Part shown: positions 17,831 through 27,962 of the stretch, in pieces
Position numbering within the stretch: position 1 is the stretch's first letter
How the letters are laid out: each line of letters opens with the position of its first letter
Assembly: GCA_963681965.1 (NCBI GenBank)
Contig: OY820579.1
Span: 3,488,001 to 3,552,000 of the forward strand
Length of the DNA: 64,000 nt
DNA from: a bacterium
GTDB lineage: Bacteria; Electryoneota; JAOADG01
Reading direction: 5' to 3'
The notes under the pieces: generated by a model
Databases searched by the model: none
The model's input: only the letters and a program-made list of their open reading frames with translations
What the model was told of the DNA's origin: nothing
Program-made: the position numbers and the translations under genes

Positions 17831-19678
17831 ATGAATCGATGGTATCTCGCAAGGTCACGCATGTTGAGCTTGCTCATATGGGTTACGCTTTGTTTTTCGG
17901 TTGCACTGCCGGTGTACGCGGCATGGTATCCGATCATGACCGAAACATTCGAAACCGCGTCTCGCAACTGGACGTGGCGTCAACCTCAGACTGGAACTCC
18001 GATACGGATCTGGCAAGTAACACCTTGGCCATATATGCAGCTTCCGCATTGGGGTATTGAAAACCGAATTTATCGCCCCGATCAATCTTATCCAGAACGA
18101 TATGTTCAAGCTGCTTGGTGCGATGCGTCAACCGACCCGACACAACAAGGGGCGGGACGTTCACCGGAATTCGATTTTTATCGCCCGAATATGCACACTG
18201 TGATGTGGTGGGGTCCAGTGGATACCCGCGGTATGCACAATCTTCGGGTACAATTCGACTGGATTAATAACACTGTCGTTGGCGATACTTTCTTCTGGGA
18301 AGCAACTTCCAACGCGGGTAATCCGATTGCCGGCGATTATCGCAGCCGATGGTTCCAAGGGATCTCGGTTCGGTCGCGGTTCGATTCGACCACGATGACA
18401 ACAGTGTACGACACAACGCGGACATGGCATCGCGGACAAGCCGATATCGAATGGCGTAATGGTTCGATCACGATCGACAGTCTCGACTCTGCCGGGACGA
18501 TCATTTCGATTGCCGGACGAAATAACATCTATTTTGGGTGGCGATTTAAATCGCATTCGTTCGACACTTCGGCAGTTCACCGTCTTGGACCGTTCGTCGA
18601 CAACGTGCGTGTAGCATATGACGACGGTTTATTCGATCTCGCGGCAATGAATTGCACGCACTTAATCTCACGCGATTCGAGTTACGCTCAGTTCCCGCAG
18701 GTGCTCGACACATTGACCTTCCGGCTCCGGTTGAATATCAATGGTGCCGGTGCATTGCGCGACACGGCGAACAATTTGGTTCGAGCCCGTGTGACGTGCA
18801 AGATCAATAATATGGCATATTGGGATACGTTGGTTGCCGTCGATGCACTCGAAGGATCCAATACAGTTTGGTTGTATTCACCGCATTTCGTTCCACAGAT
18901 TGAAGGTCGTTATCGCGTCTGTTGGAAAGTCGATGCCGACACAGTGGTTCACGAATCGTCGGAAACCAACAATAGTTGCTGCGACGATGCCGCCGACTCA
19001 ACAGGCTTCATGGTGATTCAACCGAATATGCCGCCGATGGCACAATTCTTGAGTTTGAATGACGCCGATACGGTTCGGGTTATGCGCATCTACGGTCATC
19101 ATGCATACTATGGGGTGATTGCCGACGTTCGCGATGTCGACAATATTGCCGAATGGTATTTGTATATCAGTCAGGACAGTGCGCTTGGTTCCGGAACGGT
19201 GTATGACACCTATCCCGGTTTCCCGCGACAAACCCACGATGGCGCGGATACGATCAATGTCGATTACGGCGCGTTAAGTAGTGGTGGTTGGTATTTCTCG
19301 GTATTTGCTACCGACAATCTCAACAACCCGATCTGGGTACGTGCGCGTGCTTGTTTGTTCGTCGAAGACGATCCGAACGAAGTGAAACAGGAACCGACCA
19401 ATCTGTTACCGACGACGAATTGTTTGAAGAACGCTTATCCGAATCCATTCAACTCCGAAGTCATCTTGAAGATCGGATTGAAGGAGCGGTTAAGTGGTGT
19501 CGTTACGATCACCGATATTATGGGTCGTGAAGTAGATCGATTGCAGTTACCGGTAAGTGCTCCGGGTTGGCACGACATTACGTGGCGACCGTCGCAACTA
19601 TCCTCCGGTGTCTATTTCGCCCGATTCATTACAAAGGGTCAAGTCGTATCGACTATCAAGTTGTCGTATGTGAAGTAA
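17831..19678 (+). CDS. Secreted multi-domain protein (CARDB-like segment) with a T9SS-type C-terminal domain
   Basis: Signal peptide ending YA-AW; VDADTVVHESSETNN (CARDB-like); NAYPNPFN...SSGVYF...IKLSYVK; GGAGG RBS before 17831. Confidence 0.75.
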   Translation: MNRWYLARSRMLSLLIWVTLCFSVALPVYAAWYPIMTETFETASRNWTWRQPQTGTPIRIWQVTPWPYMQLPHWGIENRIYRPDQSYPERYVQAAWCDASTDPTQQGAGRSPEFDFYRPNMHTVMWWGPVDTRGMHNLRVQFDWINNTVVGDTFFWEATSNAGNPIAGDYRSRWFQGISVRSRFDSTTMTTVYDTTRTWHRGQADIEWRNGSITIDSLDSAGTIISIAGRNNIYFGWRFKSHSFDTSAVHRLGPFVDNVRVAYDDGLFDLAAMNCTHLISRDSSYAQFPQVLDTLTFRLRLNINGAGALRDTANNLVRARVTCKINNMAYWDTLVAVDALEGSNTVWLYSPHFVPQIEGRYRVCWKVDADTVVHESSETNNSCCDDAADSTGFMVIQPNMPPMAQFLSLNDADTVRVMRIYGHHAYYGVIADVRDVDNIAEWYLYISQDSALGSGTVYDTYPGFPRQTHDGADTINVDYGALSSGGWYFSVFATDNLNNPIWVRARACLFVEDDPNEVKQEPTNLLPTTNCLKNAYPNPFNSEVILKIGLKERLSGVVTITDIMGREVDRLQLPVSAPGWHDITWRPSQLSSGVYFARFITKGQVVSTIKLSYVK

Positions 19679-19698
19679 CGTAATTCAAAAGGATTTCG

Positions 19699-19728
19699 AC
19701 GGGCTGTGGCAACGCAGCCCGTTTTTTT
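19699..19728 (+). terminator. Intrinsic terminator
   Basis: ACGGGCTG-TGGCAACG-CAGCCCGT followed by a T run. Confidence 0.8.
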
Positions 19729-19807
19729 ATTATCGAATAAATCCTAACTTGCGAACTATACATCTTCAGGTTGCAAGAACTGCGATAATCGGTTAAGTTG
19801 ATAAGCC

Positions 19808-20869
19808 ATGTCCAATTCATCGATCATCAATCTGAACGATTCCCTACCGCCATTGATCGGTAACGATCGAACCGATTTAGCAGCGTTATTCGCACCGGAG
19901 CAGCAACCGTCCTTTCGCACCGAGCAAGTTTTCAAATGGCTATATGGCAAAGGGATCCGCGATCCTCGCGACTTTTCGAATATGCCGAAACCGTTTCGGA
20001 CTCACTTAGCCGAGAATTTTTCCGAATCGGCAGTGGAAGTGGAATATCGTACCTCTTCGGATGTATCTCAGGTAGTAAAATATTTGTTCCGGTTGGTCGA
20101 TGGAAAAAAAGTAGAAGGTGTGTGGATACCGGATCGCGACCGTGGTACGCTATGTGTTAGCTCGCAGGTCGGTTGTGCACTGGGGTGCGAATATTGTGCC
20201 ACGGGATCGATGGGATTTACCCGAAATTTGACATCAGGCGAAATCATCGATCAATTGCTCACGGTACGATATCGTGAAAATAAACTAATCACTCATGTGG
20301 TCTTCATGGGGATGGGTGAACCGCTACAGAATTACGACGCAGTAGCGAAGATCGTGCGGATACTTAACGATCCTGCCGGCTGTGCCATCGCCCGTCGTCA
20401 CATCACAATCTCGACTGCCGGGTGGATACCGGGAATCGAACGATTGATCGCCGATCATCTGCCCTGCCGCTTAGCAATATCTCTGGGATCACCGGACGAT
20501 GAAATACGAGCGAAATTGATGCCGGTAGCACAGCGATTTCCATTAACTGATTTGTTTGCCGCAGCGAAAGCATGGACATCGGAAATGGACGATCATGTAA
20601 CGATCGAATATACTTTGCTCGCCGGAGTGAATGATCGTCCGGAAGATGCTAAAAAATTGAATAAGATGCTGATGGGGATACCGTCGAAGATCAATATTCT
20701 CACATATAATCCGGGACCGGATGCGCGATTCGAACGATCTTCGGGTGCACAAACGGAACGATTCACGACGCTGTTGGAAGAAATCTTTTGCGGTCCGGTG
20801 ACACGACGGATTTCGCGAGGCGATGAGATCGGTGCTGCCTGCGGTCAACTGGTATTGTTAAAAAAATAG
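19808..20869 (+). CDS. rlmN: 23S rRNA (A2503-C2) methyltransferase RlmN
   Basis: CVSSQVGCALGCEYCATG (radical SAM), VFMGMGEPL, IGAACGQL. Confidence 0.93.
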   Translation: MSNSSIINLNDSLPPLIGNDRTDLAALFAPEQQPSFRTEQVFKWLYGKGIRDPRDFSNMPKPFRTHLAENFSESAVEVEYRTSSDVSQVVKYLFRLVDGKKVEGVWIPDRDRGTLCVSSQVGCALGCEYCATGSMGFTRNLTSGEIIDQLLTVRYRENKLITHVVFMGMGEPLQNYDAVAKIVRILNDPAGCAIARRHITISTAGWIPGIERLIADHLPCRLAISLGSPDDEIRAKLMPVAQRFPLTDLFAAAKAWTSEMDDHVTIEYTLLAGVNDRPEDAKKLNKMLMGIPSKINILTYNPGPDARFERSSGAQTERFTTLLEEIFCGPVTRRISRGDEIGAACGQLVLLKK

Positions 20870-21105
20870 ATTTTCATAGTGATCGTCGTCACTCGACTGC
20901 GAACCGGCACTTACTTCAATGCGTAAGATATGGTATATTTCAGACGGTACTTTTGTGCGGGCGACACCCCGCGATAAAGATTCGGGTACCAACGGGCTTT
21001 GCAACCTGTCGGTATTGAGATATAACGAAAAAATGGACACAAGCTGCGGTCGGATAAAGTTCCGACCTGAGGAAGAATATTTGCGGGAAGAGAAAGGAAT
21101 TGCCG

Positions 21106-22932
21106 ATGTGCGGGATAATTGGCTATATCGGAAATAAAGAGGCACTGCCGATTTTGTTGCAGGGGTTGGAACGAATGGAATATCGCGGTTACGACTCCGC
21201 CGGTGTCGCAATCGTGAATGACGGTGTGATGTATACTGATAAAGTCGTCGGTCGCATCCAAACCTTGATTAACTCAACCGAACTGAAACACCTTCCCGGA
21301 CATTTAGGCATCGGACATACCCGCTGGGCAACCCACGGTATTCCTTCTACCCTCAATGCTCACCCGCATTACGATCAAAATCAAACCATCGCGCTGGTGC
21401 ACAACGGAATTATTGAAAACTACCATGCGATTCGCACCAAATTGGAACGCGACGGTGTCCAATTCGTCAGCGAAACCGATACCGAAGTGCTCGCGCAATT
21501 GATCGGTTATCTGTATCGCGGCGATCTTGAAGAAGCCGTTTCTGAAGCACTGTCTCAGGTGGAAGGTGCATACGGCATCGCGGTGATCCACAAGGACGAA
21601 CCGAATAAAATCATTACGGCGCGCATCAGTTCGCCGATCATTGTCGCAATCGGTGAAGGCGAGAATTTTGTCGCATCCGATCCGGCAGCACTGGTCCGCT
21701 ATACTCGCAATATGACGCATTTGGACGACGGCGAATTGGCAATCGTTACCCGCGAAGGGGTGGAATTTAAAAAGAAAAAGACGACTGTCAGTAAAACCTT
21801 CGAACAGGTTTCGATCGATATCGATCAAATCGAGCGTGGCGGTTACGCGCACTTCATGTTGAAAGAGATCTTCCTGCAGCCGCAAACGCTTTCCGATACG
21901 ATGCGCGGTCGGTTGTTGGTGGAAGAAGGCGACATCAAACTCGGCGGTTTGGTTCCGGTAATTGAAGAACTGGCACAGATGAAACGTGCGATCTTTCTCG
22001 GCTGTGGTACCGCATGGCACGCCGGTTTGATTGGTGAATGTCTGTTTGAAGATCTGGCACGCATTCCGGCAGAAGTGGAATATGCGAGTGAATTTCGCTA
22101 TCGCGATCCGGTGATTGAACCGGGAACCGTCGCGATCGCGATTTCGCAATCGGGTGAAACAGCAGATACGCTTGCCGCAGTACAAGAAGCGAAACGCAAA
22201 GGTGCGTTGGCGGTTGGAATCGTGAATGTCGTCGGGTCGACAATTGCGCGAGAAACCGATTTTGGAACCTATCTTCACGCCGGTCCGGAAATCGGTGTAG
22301 CATCGACCAAAGCGTTTACTAGTCAGGTGTTAGTGCTAACGATGCTGGCGATCAAATTGGGACGGCTTCGTGGTACGCTCTCGCACGAGCGCGCCTATCA
22401 ATTGGTCGAAGAACTCATTGCGCTCCCGAAGAAAGTGGAAGCGATTCTCGATCAACGGCACATTATTCGTTCGATCGCCGAACGGTATGCATCAACGCGA
22501 AATATGCTGTTCCTCGGTCGCGGTTATCAATTCCCGGTGGCTCTGGAAGGAGCGTTGAAGCTAAAGGAAATCTCGTACATCCATGCCGAAGGATATCCTG
22601 CTGCAGAAATGAAACACGGTCCGATTGCACTGATCGACGAAAAGATGCCAGTGGTATTTTTAGCACCACGCGACCCGTTACGAGCGAAGTTGATCTCGAA
22701 TATCGAACAGGTGCGCGCACGCGGCGGTATCGTGATTGCCATTTGTCAACCGGGCGACGACGAGATTCGCAATATCGCTCATGAAGTCATCGAAATTCCC
22801 GAAACGATTCAGCAGTTGCAACCGATCTTGACGGTGATTCCGCTCCAGTTGCTGGCTTACGACACCGCTGTGCAATTGGGTTTGAATGTCGATCGACCGC
22901 GCAACTTGGCTAAATCGGTGACGGTCGAATGA
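21106..22932 (+). CDS. glmS: Glutamine--fructose-6-phosphate transaminase
   Basis: MCGIIG, YRGYDSAG, GHTRWATHG, SQSGETAD, VASTKAF, PRNLAKSVTVE. Confidence 0.98.
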   Translation: MCGIIGYIGNKEALPILLQGLERMEYRGYDSAGVAIVNDGVMYTDKVVGRIQTLINSTELKHLPGHLGIGHTRWATHGIPSTLNAHPHYDQNQTIALVHNGIIENYHAIRTKLERDGVQFVSETDTEVLAQLIGYLYRGDLEEAVSEALSQVEGAYGIAVIHKDEPNKIITARISSPIIVAIGEGENFVASDPAALVRYTRNMTHLDDGELAIVTREGVEFKKKKTTVSKTFEQVSIDIDQIERGGYAHFMLKEIFLQPQTLSDTMRGRLLVEEGDIKLGGLVPVIEELAQMKRAIFLGCGTAWHAGLIGECLFEDLARIPAEVEYASEFRYRDPVIEPGTVAIAISQSGETADTLAAVQEAKRKGALAVGIVNVVGSTIARETDFGTYLHAGPEIGVASTKAFTSQVLVLTMLAIKLGRLRGTLSHERAYQLVEELIALPKKVEAILDQRHIIRSIAERYASTRNMLFLGRGYQFPVALEGALKLKEISYIHAEGYPAAEMKHGPIALIDEKMPVVFLAPRDPLRAKLISNIEQVRARGGIVIAICQPGDDEIRNIAHEVIEIPETIQQLQPILTVIPLQLLAYDTAVQLGLNVDRPRNLAKSVTVE

Positions 22933-23795
22933 CAACTAGTGCACGTATCGACTTACATTTACATTCAACTGCTTCAGACGGATATTTATCACCTTGTGAA
23001 TTGATGCGTTTCGTCCAGGAAAATGGCGTAACGCTCTGCTCGCTAACCGATCATGACACTCTGGACGGTGTTGCGGAAGCTATTGCCGAAGCGGATCGGA
23101 TTGGACTAAGGTGTATTCCCGGGATCGAATTATCCTGTCTGATTGAAACCAAATCAGTTCATCTATTAGCATATTTCAACCGTGTCGCTCCTCCGCTGCT
23201 TGTCGAGAAACTAGCGGAAATTCAACGGTGGCGTGCCGAACGCAATCCTAAGATGGTTGCGAAATTGCAGGCACTCGGTTTTAGCATCACGATGGACCAA
23301 GTAGCCTCCGAAGCCGGTGGCGGTCAGATTGGACGCCCGCACATCGCACGGGTATTATTGCAACAGGGTGCAGTCAAAACGATCGACGAAGCCTTCGAAA
23401 AATTTCTGACTCCCGGCAAACCGGCATATGTGGAAAAGGATCGATTATTCCTGAAAGATGCCGTCAAACTAGTGCACGATGCCGGTGGCATTGCGGTGTT
23501 AGCGCACCCTTTAGTCTATAATTTCATGCAACCGACGTTGTTGAAATGGCTGGTGAATATTGCCATCGAAGCTAAGATCGACGGCGTCGAAGCCTTCTAC
23601 ACCGATCATCGTCAACATCAACGCAAAGCAATCGAACAACTGACTCAAGAAGCCGGATTACTGGTCAGCGGTGGTTCCGACTTCCATGGTCCGATCAATG
23701 GTCTGGTAAAACCCGGTATTGGATACGGAGATTTAAAAATTCCGGATTATGTCGGTACGGTATTCACGAAACGAATTGAAGCGCTCCCGAAATAA
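22929..23795 (+). CDS. PHP-domain phosphoesterase (TrpH/YciV-like)
   Basis: DLHLHSTASDG, LTDHDT, GRPHIA, VLAHP, SGGSDFHG. Confidence 0.9.
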   Translation: MTTSARIDLHLHSTASDGYLSPCELMRFVQENGVTLCSLTDHDTLDGVAEAIAEADRIGLRCIPGIELSCLIETKSVHLLAYFNRVAPPLLVEKLAEIQRWRAERNPKMVAKLQALGFSITMDQVASEAGGGQIGRPHIARVLLQQGAVKTIDEAFEKFLTPGKPAYVEKDRLFLKDAVKLVHDAGGIAVLAHPLVYNFMQPTLLKWLVNIAIEAKIDGVEAFYTDHRQHQRKAIEQLTQEAGLLVSGGSDFHGPINGLVKPGIGYGDLKIPDYVGTVFTKRIEALPK

Positions 23796-23842
23796 TCTCT
23801 ATCAAACCACAATTTTTCCTCGGTTTAGAAGGGTTTGTCCGG

Positions 23843-25492
23843 ATGAATCGAATACATCCTTTTAATCTACTCATCGTATTAATCGGACTCATCCTTCCGG
23901 TATGCGGCTTCACGCAACCGGTTTCATCGATTCCGATCGATCACTGGCTCACGCCAGTGTTGACGCGCTGGGTGATTGCCGGGTGGGCACCGGATCTGTC
24001 CGAAACCGAACAACCGTATAGTCGGGACGATGCTGCAGCAGTGATTCATAGTTTGGAAGATGTCGCAGCATCGTGCGGTGACCGGTTGAGCGCGGGCGAT
24101 CTTACACTGCTCGAACGCGCGAAAATCGAATTGCGCGAAGAGTTGTCGGTACTGAAGAAGCGGGATGAAGCGAGTGGAAATGTCATAAGCAATCTCGTTC
24201 GCCGAGCTAAAGAATTTTTGGGAATGCAGGGTGGCGATGGTGTCAATCGGTTACATACCTATTTTGAACCGACAGTAGCAATGACGAGGATTGACGATCG
24301 CAACGAATGGAACCCTTCGGGAACGCTGCGATTCGGGTATGCACCATTTCCAACTGTAGCTGCTTCGATAGGGATTCGCAGCTATCGCTACCACGATCGT
24401 CAGATATATCCGCAATCGCACTGGGGCGATGTAGCTTCGCAGATCGACGATTCCTATCTCCGTTTCGCCAGCGGCAACTTCACCATCACATTCGGTAATG
24501 AGAAGCGTCAGATCGGAGTACCGGGTCTTGATCGTTTGCTGTTAAACGGTTCTGCTCCTGCCTTTCCCGGATTCGATTTCCGGTTCAGCAATCGCGATTT
24601 TACGATTCGATATCTCATCGGACAACTTAATCAAGGGCGCGATCCTCGCATTATTTCCGATCTCCTCATCAGTAAATATCAACGCACCCTCATTTTGAAG
24701 CGGGTGGAATATCACCCTACCACAAACTGGGGTGCGGGATTCAGTGATGGTATCGTACTCGCTCATGCGAATGGAATTGGTTGGTCGTATCTCCTTCCGG
24801 TACCCAATATTGTCGCGCTGAATAGCCAACCGAAAGGAACGGAACAGGCGACCGAACTGGTTGGCATCGATGGTTGGTATCGGATTCATCGACGTACCCT
24901 CGCCAGTGTTGAATTTATTTATTCGGATTATTCGCATATCGATCAGTCGAAACGGACTCCACCGACTTACGGCTGGCGTGTCGGATTGACCAGTGTCGAT
25001 CCGTTGGGATTGCTGGGTACGGACTGGACGATTGGATATGAACGGATCATGCCGAGATTGTATCAGGGGGCTGGAGATTCATCTTCTAGCGATCGCGATG
25101 GCACGCGCTGGATGCAACAACGTGCACCGCTGGGCAGTGCATTCGGCAACGATTTCGACCGGGTAAATCTCCAATTCCATCATATCCTACCTTACGGTCT
25201 GCAGTATTCGATCGATCTCGCTCATCAACGGAGCGGTAACCGCAATGTGCTCGATCCCTTCGATAATAGTTATCTCGGAACGAGCGAAAGTGCGCGATTC
25301 CTCGCACCACCAGTGGAATACCAGACCAGTTGTGGCTTACAAATGAAGTGGTTGTCGAACCAACAGTGGCAGGTGGCTGGCAGTTTCGATTGGGTGCATT
25401 CGGAGAATACCGGTCATCAAATGGGTGTCAAATCAGAGACCCGTAGTTATTCATTGGCAGTGACATATTTTCTCCACCATATCGGGAATTAA
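23843..25492 (+). CDS. Capsule-assembly Wzi-like outer-membrane beta-barrel protein
   Basis: Signal peptide; N-terminal PYSRDD helical region; LLLNGSAPAF; PLGSAFGND; alternating beta-strands ending in an aromatic strand. Confidence 0.6.
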   Translation: MNRIHPFNLLIVLIGLILPVCGFTQPVSSIPIDHWLTPVLTRWVIAGWAPDLSETEQPYSRDDAAAVIHSLEDVAASCGDRLSAGDLTLLERAKIELREELSVLKKRDEASGNVISNLVRRAKEFLGMQGGDGVNRLHTYFEPTVAMTRIDDRNEWNPSGTLRFGYAPFPTVAASIGIRSYRYHDRQIYPQSHWGDVASQIDDSYLRFASGNFTITFGNEKRQIGVPGLDRLLLNGSAPAFPGFDFRFSNRDFTIRYLIGQLNQGRDPRIISDLLISKYQRTLILKRVEYHPTTNWGAGFSDGIVLAHANGIGWSYLLPVPNIVALNSQPKGTEQATELVGIDGWYRIHRRTLASVEFIYSDYSHIDQSKRTPPTYGWRVGLTSVDPLGLLGTDWTIGYERIMPRLYQGAGDSSSSDRDGTRWMQQRAPLGSAFGNDFDRVNLQFHHILPYGLQYSIDLAHQRSGNRNVLDPFDNSYLGTSESARFLAPPVEYQTSCGLQMKWLSNQQWQVAGSFDWVHSENTGHQMGVKSETRSYSLAVTYFLHHIGN

Positions 25493-25515
25493 TGCGAGAT
25501 ACTTAGAACAGAAGG

Positions 25516-25998
25516 GTAGCGGCGGACTTAAAAGAGTCCGCTTTCTATTTATGTAGCCGCAGGCTTATGGCTTTTAACTAAATAGATTAACTTCGATGTT
25601 GCGTTGGATTTTAGTCCATTCTCTGTTTCATTTTATCAAGAATTGCGGATTGAAGATCGAAGCGACAAATCAGTGTGCATATGGTAGGGGCGCTCTTACG
25701 CGTCCACCCGTAACAGTTGAATTCGCAGAATGCGCAGATTGAAATATTGAGTCATAAGTTGCGGGCGTATTACCTTCGGTGAGTGCTTCGCGGTTGCCAT
25801 TAGCCCCTACTGTGGCTATTGCATCAGACACGAGCGGTTCGCGAACCGCCCCTACCAAAGTAAATAGTTTAAAGCCTTTAGCCTGCGTTTTTAACTTGTA
25901 TCCTGTAGAAAGAGTTGATCCCTGAATTCGCCTTTTTTATTCAATACAATAGTTGGTCAGAACAAGTTCTGACCTACAGAAAAGAAGTGAGTCGCAGG
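25516..25998. repeat. Composite intergenic REP array
   Basis: Family D 25516-25541; split family A 25553-25887; family B 25832-25855; family E 25955-25977 plus conserved tail. Confidence 0.85.
25568..25877. mobile_element. Putative MITE (about 310 bp) inserted in the loop of a family A REP
   Basis: Terminal inverted repeats GGCTTTTAACTA (25569-25580) / TAGTTTAAAGCC (25865-25876), 11/12 match; TTA on both sides (25565-67, 25878-80); removing it rejoins the REP. Confidence 0.6.
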
Positions 25999-26042
25999 AT
26001 CTGAGTTCGGCAGTACTACAAAATATGAAATAGAAGATCAGT

Positions 26043-27962
26043 TTAGGGATTTCCGGTAGAGTATGTATGACCGAAGTTGGTGCTGAGAGTCAGACGGATG
26101 GTCGTTCGGTCGTCAATTTCATCGGATAACCAATTTCCGACACTCCCAACCGATGTGGTGATATGCAGGGGTGATAGGTCACTCGAGTACGACGACCAGC
26201 TATAATCCAGCGCCACTTCCCACGGAGTCATTTTGCGCGATTTATAATCGGTCAAAGCCGATTTCAAGCGAACATAACCGATCCGAACTGTACTCAACCA
26301 TGTATTCGACACAACTTTTCCGCTGCTGGAAGTTGAATTCGACACGAAAACGGGAACTAACAACTCCGTACCCGATCGCTCAGAAAGAGTTAAGGATGAA
26401 TTAGCAGACCAGTCGCGCTTATCCGATAGAAAATAACGGTAGTATCCAAACCGGTAGCGAATCGATCGCTCCGGAAATTTCTTAGTCAGCCAGTCAAGTT
26501 GAAATTGTCCGCCTTCGGTTTGAATGGATTGCTGATGTTGAGATTGCGACCACCAACTGTCTAGCGGTTGATTGCGGACTTCCCACCACATCGTACCGGA
26601 GAGACCCGAATTCGTTTGATTGACCGGCTTCAACCAGCTCTCCAAACGGATCGTTTCGAGCGGCGAATATTCAACTAGCATTGTCAGTGGTAGAAAGTAG
26701 TCCCGGTAGTTATCATTGTCCAATTGTTTCACCGTCTGCATTCGATTGAAGGAAATCGACGATCCGAATAACCTTTTTTCGCCGAATCGACTCCAACTGC
26801 AGCCGAGCGCGTAGCTTCCGGCATTCGCCGATTTCGTCTTGCCAATATCGGATTGATTGCCGCTTGGTGAAATAATTCCGTCGTCGAAACCGATGGCACC
26901 ATTTAGTTGCCATTGTGAATGATATTGTCGCGGTTGTTGTCGCCAAGCGATACGTAAAGAACCGTGAATTTGCGATGTTGCAAGTTCATTGCTGGCGATA
27001 GATTGCGTTGCAAGCGGACGTTTATCGGTGAGATCGGAGTTGAACCACTCGAATTCGGGAGTCAGTGACCATCCGGTCGTTACTCGGATCCGACCGTAAA
27101 TACCGATACGATTGCCGAATTCCTTAAGCGACTGTTCTTGTTCCAATGCGGTCTTTGCGATTAATTTCGTTTCCCACGTACCGGCACGAAGACCGAATTC
27201 TTCCAGCTTTCCCCCTTCGGGATGACTGGTGAAAGCAATCCGGTTCCAGCGCAGTTGCAGCCGATTTTGTCGATCGTCTTTGGCATCGCCGTTACTAAAT
27301 CCCATACCACCAATAAACAGTGTACGACCATCGCCACCATACGCCAGATCGGCAGCGATCTGATCGGTCTGTTTCAAGAGCGAAGTCGAATTTGCTTTGC
27401 GATCATCCCAATGCCCGTAGACCATCAAGGATGTGGCTTGCGAAATAAGCGCCATTGACGAAGCAAGTCGGGTGCGACTTTCGGCGGTAGAAGTCATTGC
27501 CGATGCCGTACCGCCGAACCGCATGGAATTGCGCAGCGAATTAATCATCGTAAAGGATGAGTACCGGTTTCCCGAGTAATATGGCAGCACACCGGAGCGT
27601 GGATCGTTGACTGAAATATAATTCTGTGCCAAATGCGAAGGTGAGAACAGTATCCCGACGGCGCACGGAACACGACCCTGCGCAATAAATCCGTCATTTA
27701 CAGCAACACTGTCAGGATTGGCAGAAGTAAGCCCTTCCCGCTCGCGGATCGTCTCAGCGAACGATCCGGTCGGTTCCGAATTCATGTCTTGCGGGATGTC
27801 AAATCGCGAGATATTGCGATCAGAATCTTTGTTAATTGGCTCGAGTGGATCGAGCAAGCTTGGATCGGCAGAAACCACATTAATCAGTGCAGAAAGATAG
27901 ATTGCGGATACGAAAAGCCATCCGCGAAAAGTCACACAGCGCACCGATAAAGATCGTCTCAC
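26043..27962 (-). CDS. Hypothetical exported protein, probably an outer-membrane beta-barrel
   Basis: 639-aa ORF, N-terminal signal peptide, amphipathic beta-strand pattern; GTGA overlap with the upstream permease. Confidence 0.6.
   Translation of the reverse strand: MRRSLSVRCVTFRGWLFVSAIYLSALINVVSADPSLLDPLEPINKDSDRNISRFDIPQDMNSEPTGSFAETIREREGLTSANPDSVAVNDGFIAQGRVPCAVGILFSPSHLAQNYISVNDPRSGVLPYYSGNRYSSFTMINSLRNSMRFGGTASAMTSTAESRTRLASSMALISQATSLMVYGHWDDRKANSTSLLKQTDQIAADLAYGGDGRTLFIGGMGFSNGDAKDDRQNRLQLRWNRIAFTSHPEGGKLEEFGLRAGTWETKLIAKTALEQEQSLKEFGNRIGIYGRIRVTTGWSLTPEFEWFNSDLTDKRPLATQSIASNELATSQIHGSLRIAWRQQPRQYHSQWQLNGAIGFDDGIISPSGNQSDIGKTKSANAGSYALGCSWSRFGEKRLFGSSISFNRMQTVKQLDNDNYRDYFLPLTMLVEYSPLETIRLESWLKPVNQTNSGLSGTMWWEVRNQPLDSWWSQSQHQQSIQTEGGQFQLDWLTKKFPERSIRYRFGYYRYFLSDKRDWSANSSLTLSERSGTELLVPVFVSNSTSSSGKVVSNTWLSTVRIGYVRLKSALTDYKSRKMTPWEVALDYSWSSYSSDLSPLHITTSVGSVGNWLSDEIDDRTTIRLTLSTNFGHTYSTGNP

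Noticed and set aside
20870-21105. glmS ribozyme upstream of glmS
   Set aside because: The conserved core (AGCGCC...ACGAGG) is not present; only a family C-like hairpin at about 21047-21068. An Rfam RF00234 scan would confirm.
21304-22278. 324-aa antisense ORF (similarly 33924-34685 and 59849-60589)
   Set aside because: Antisense shadows of conserved genes (glmS, glgP, yebC).
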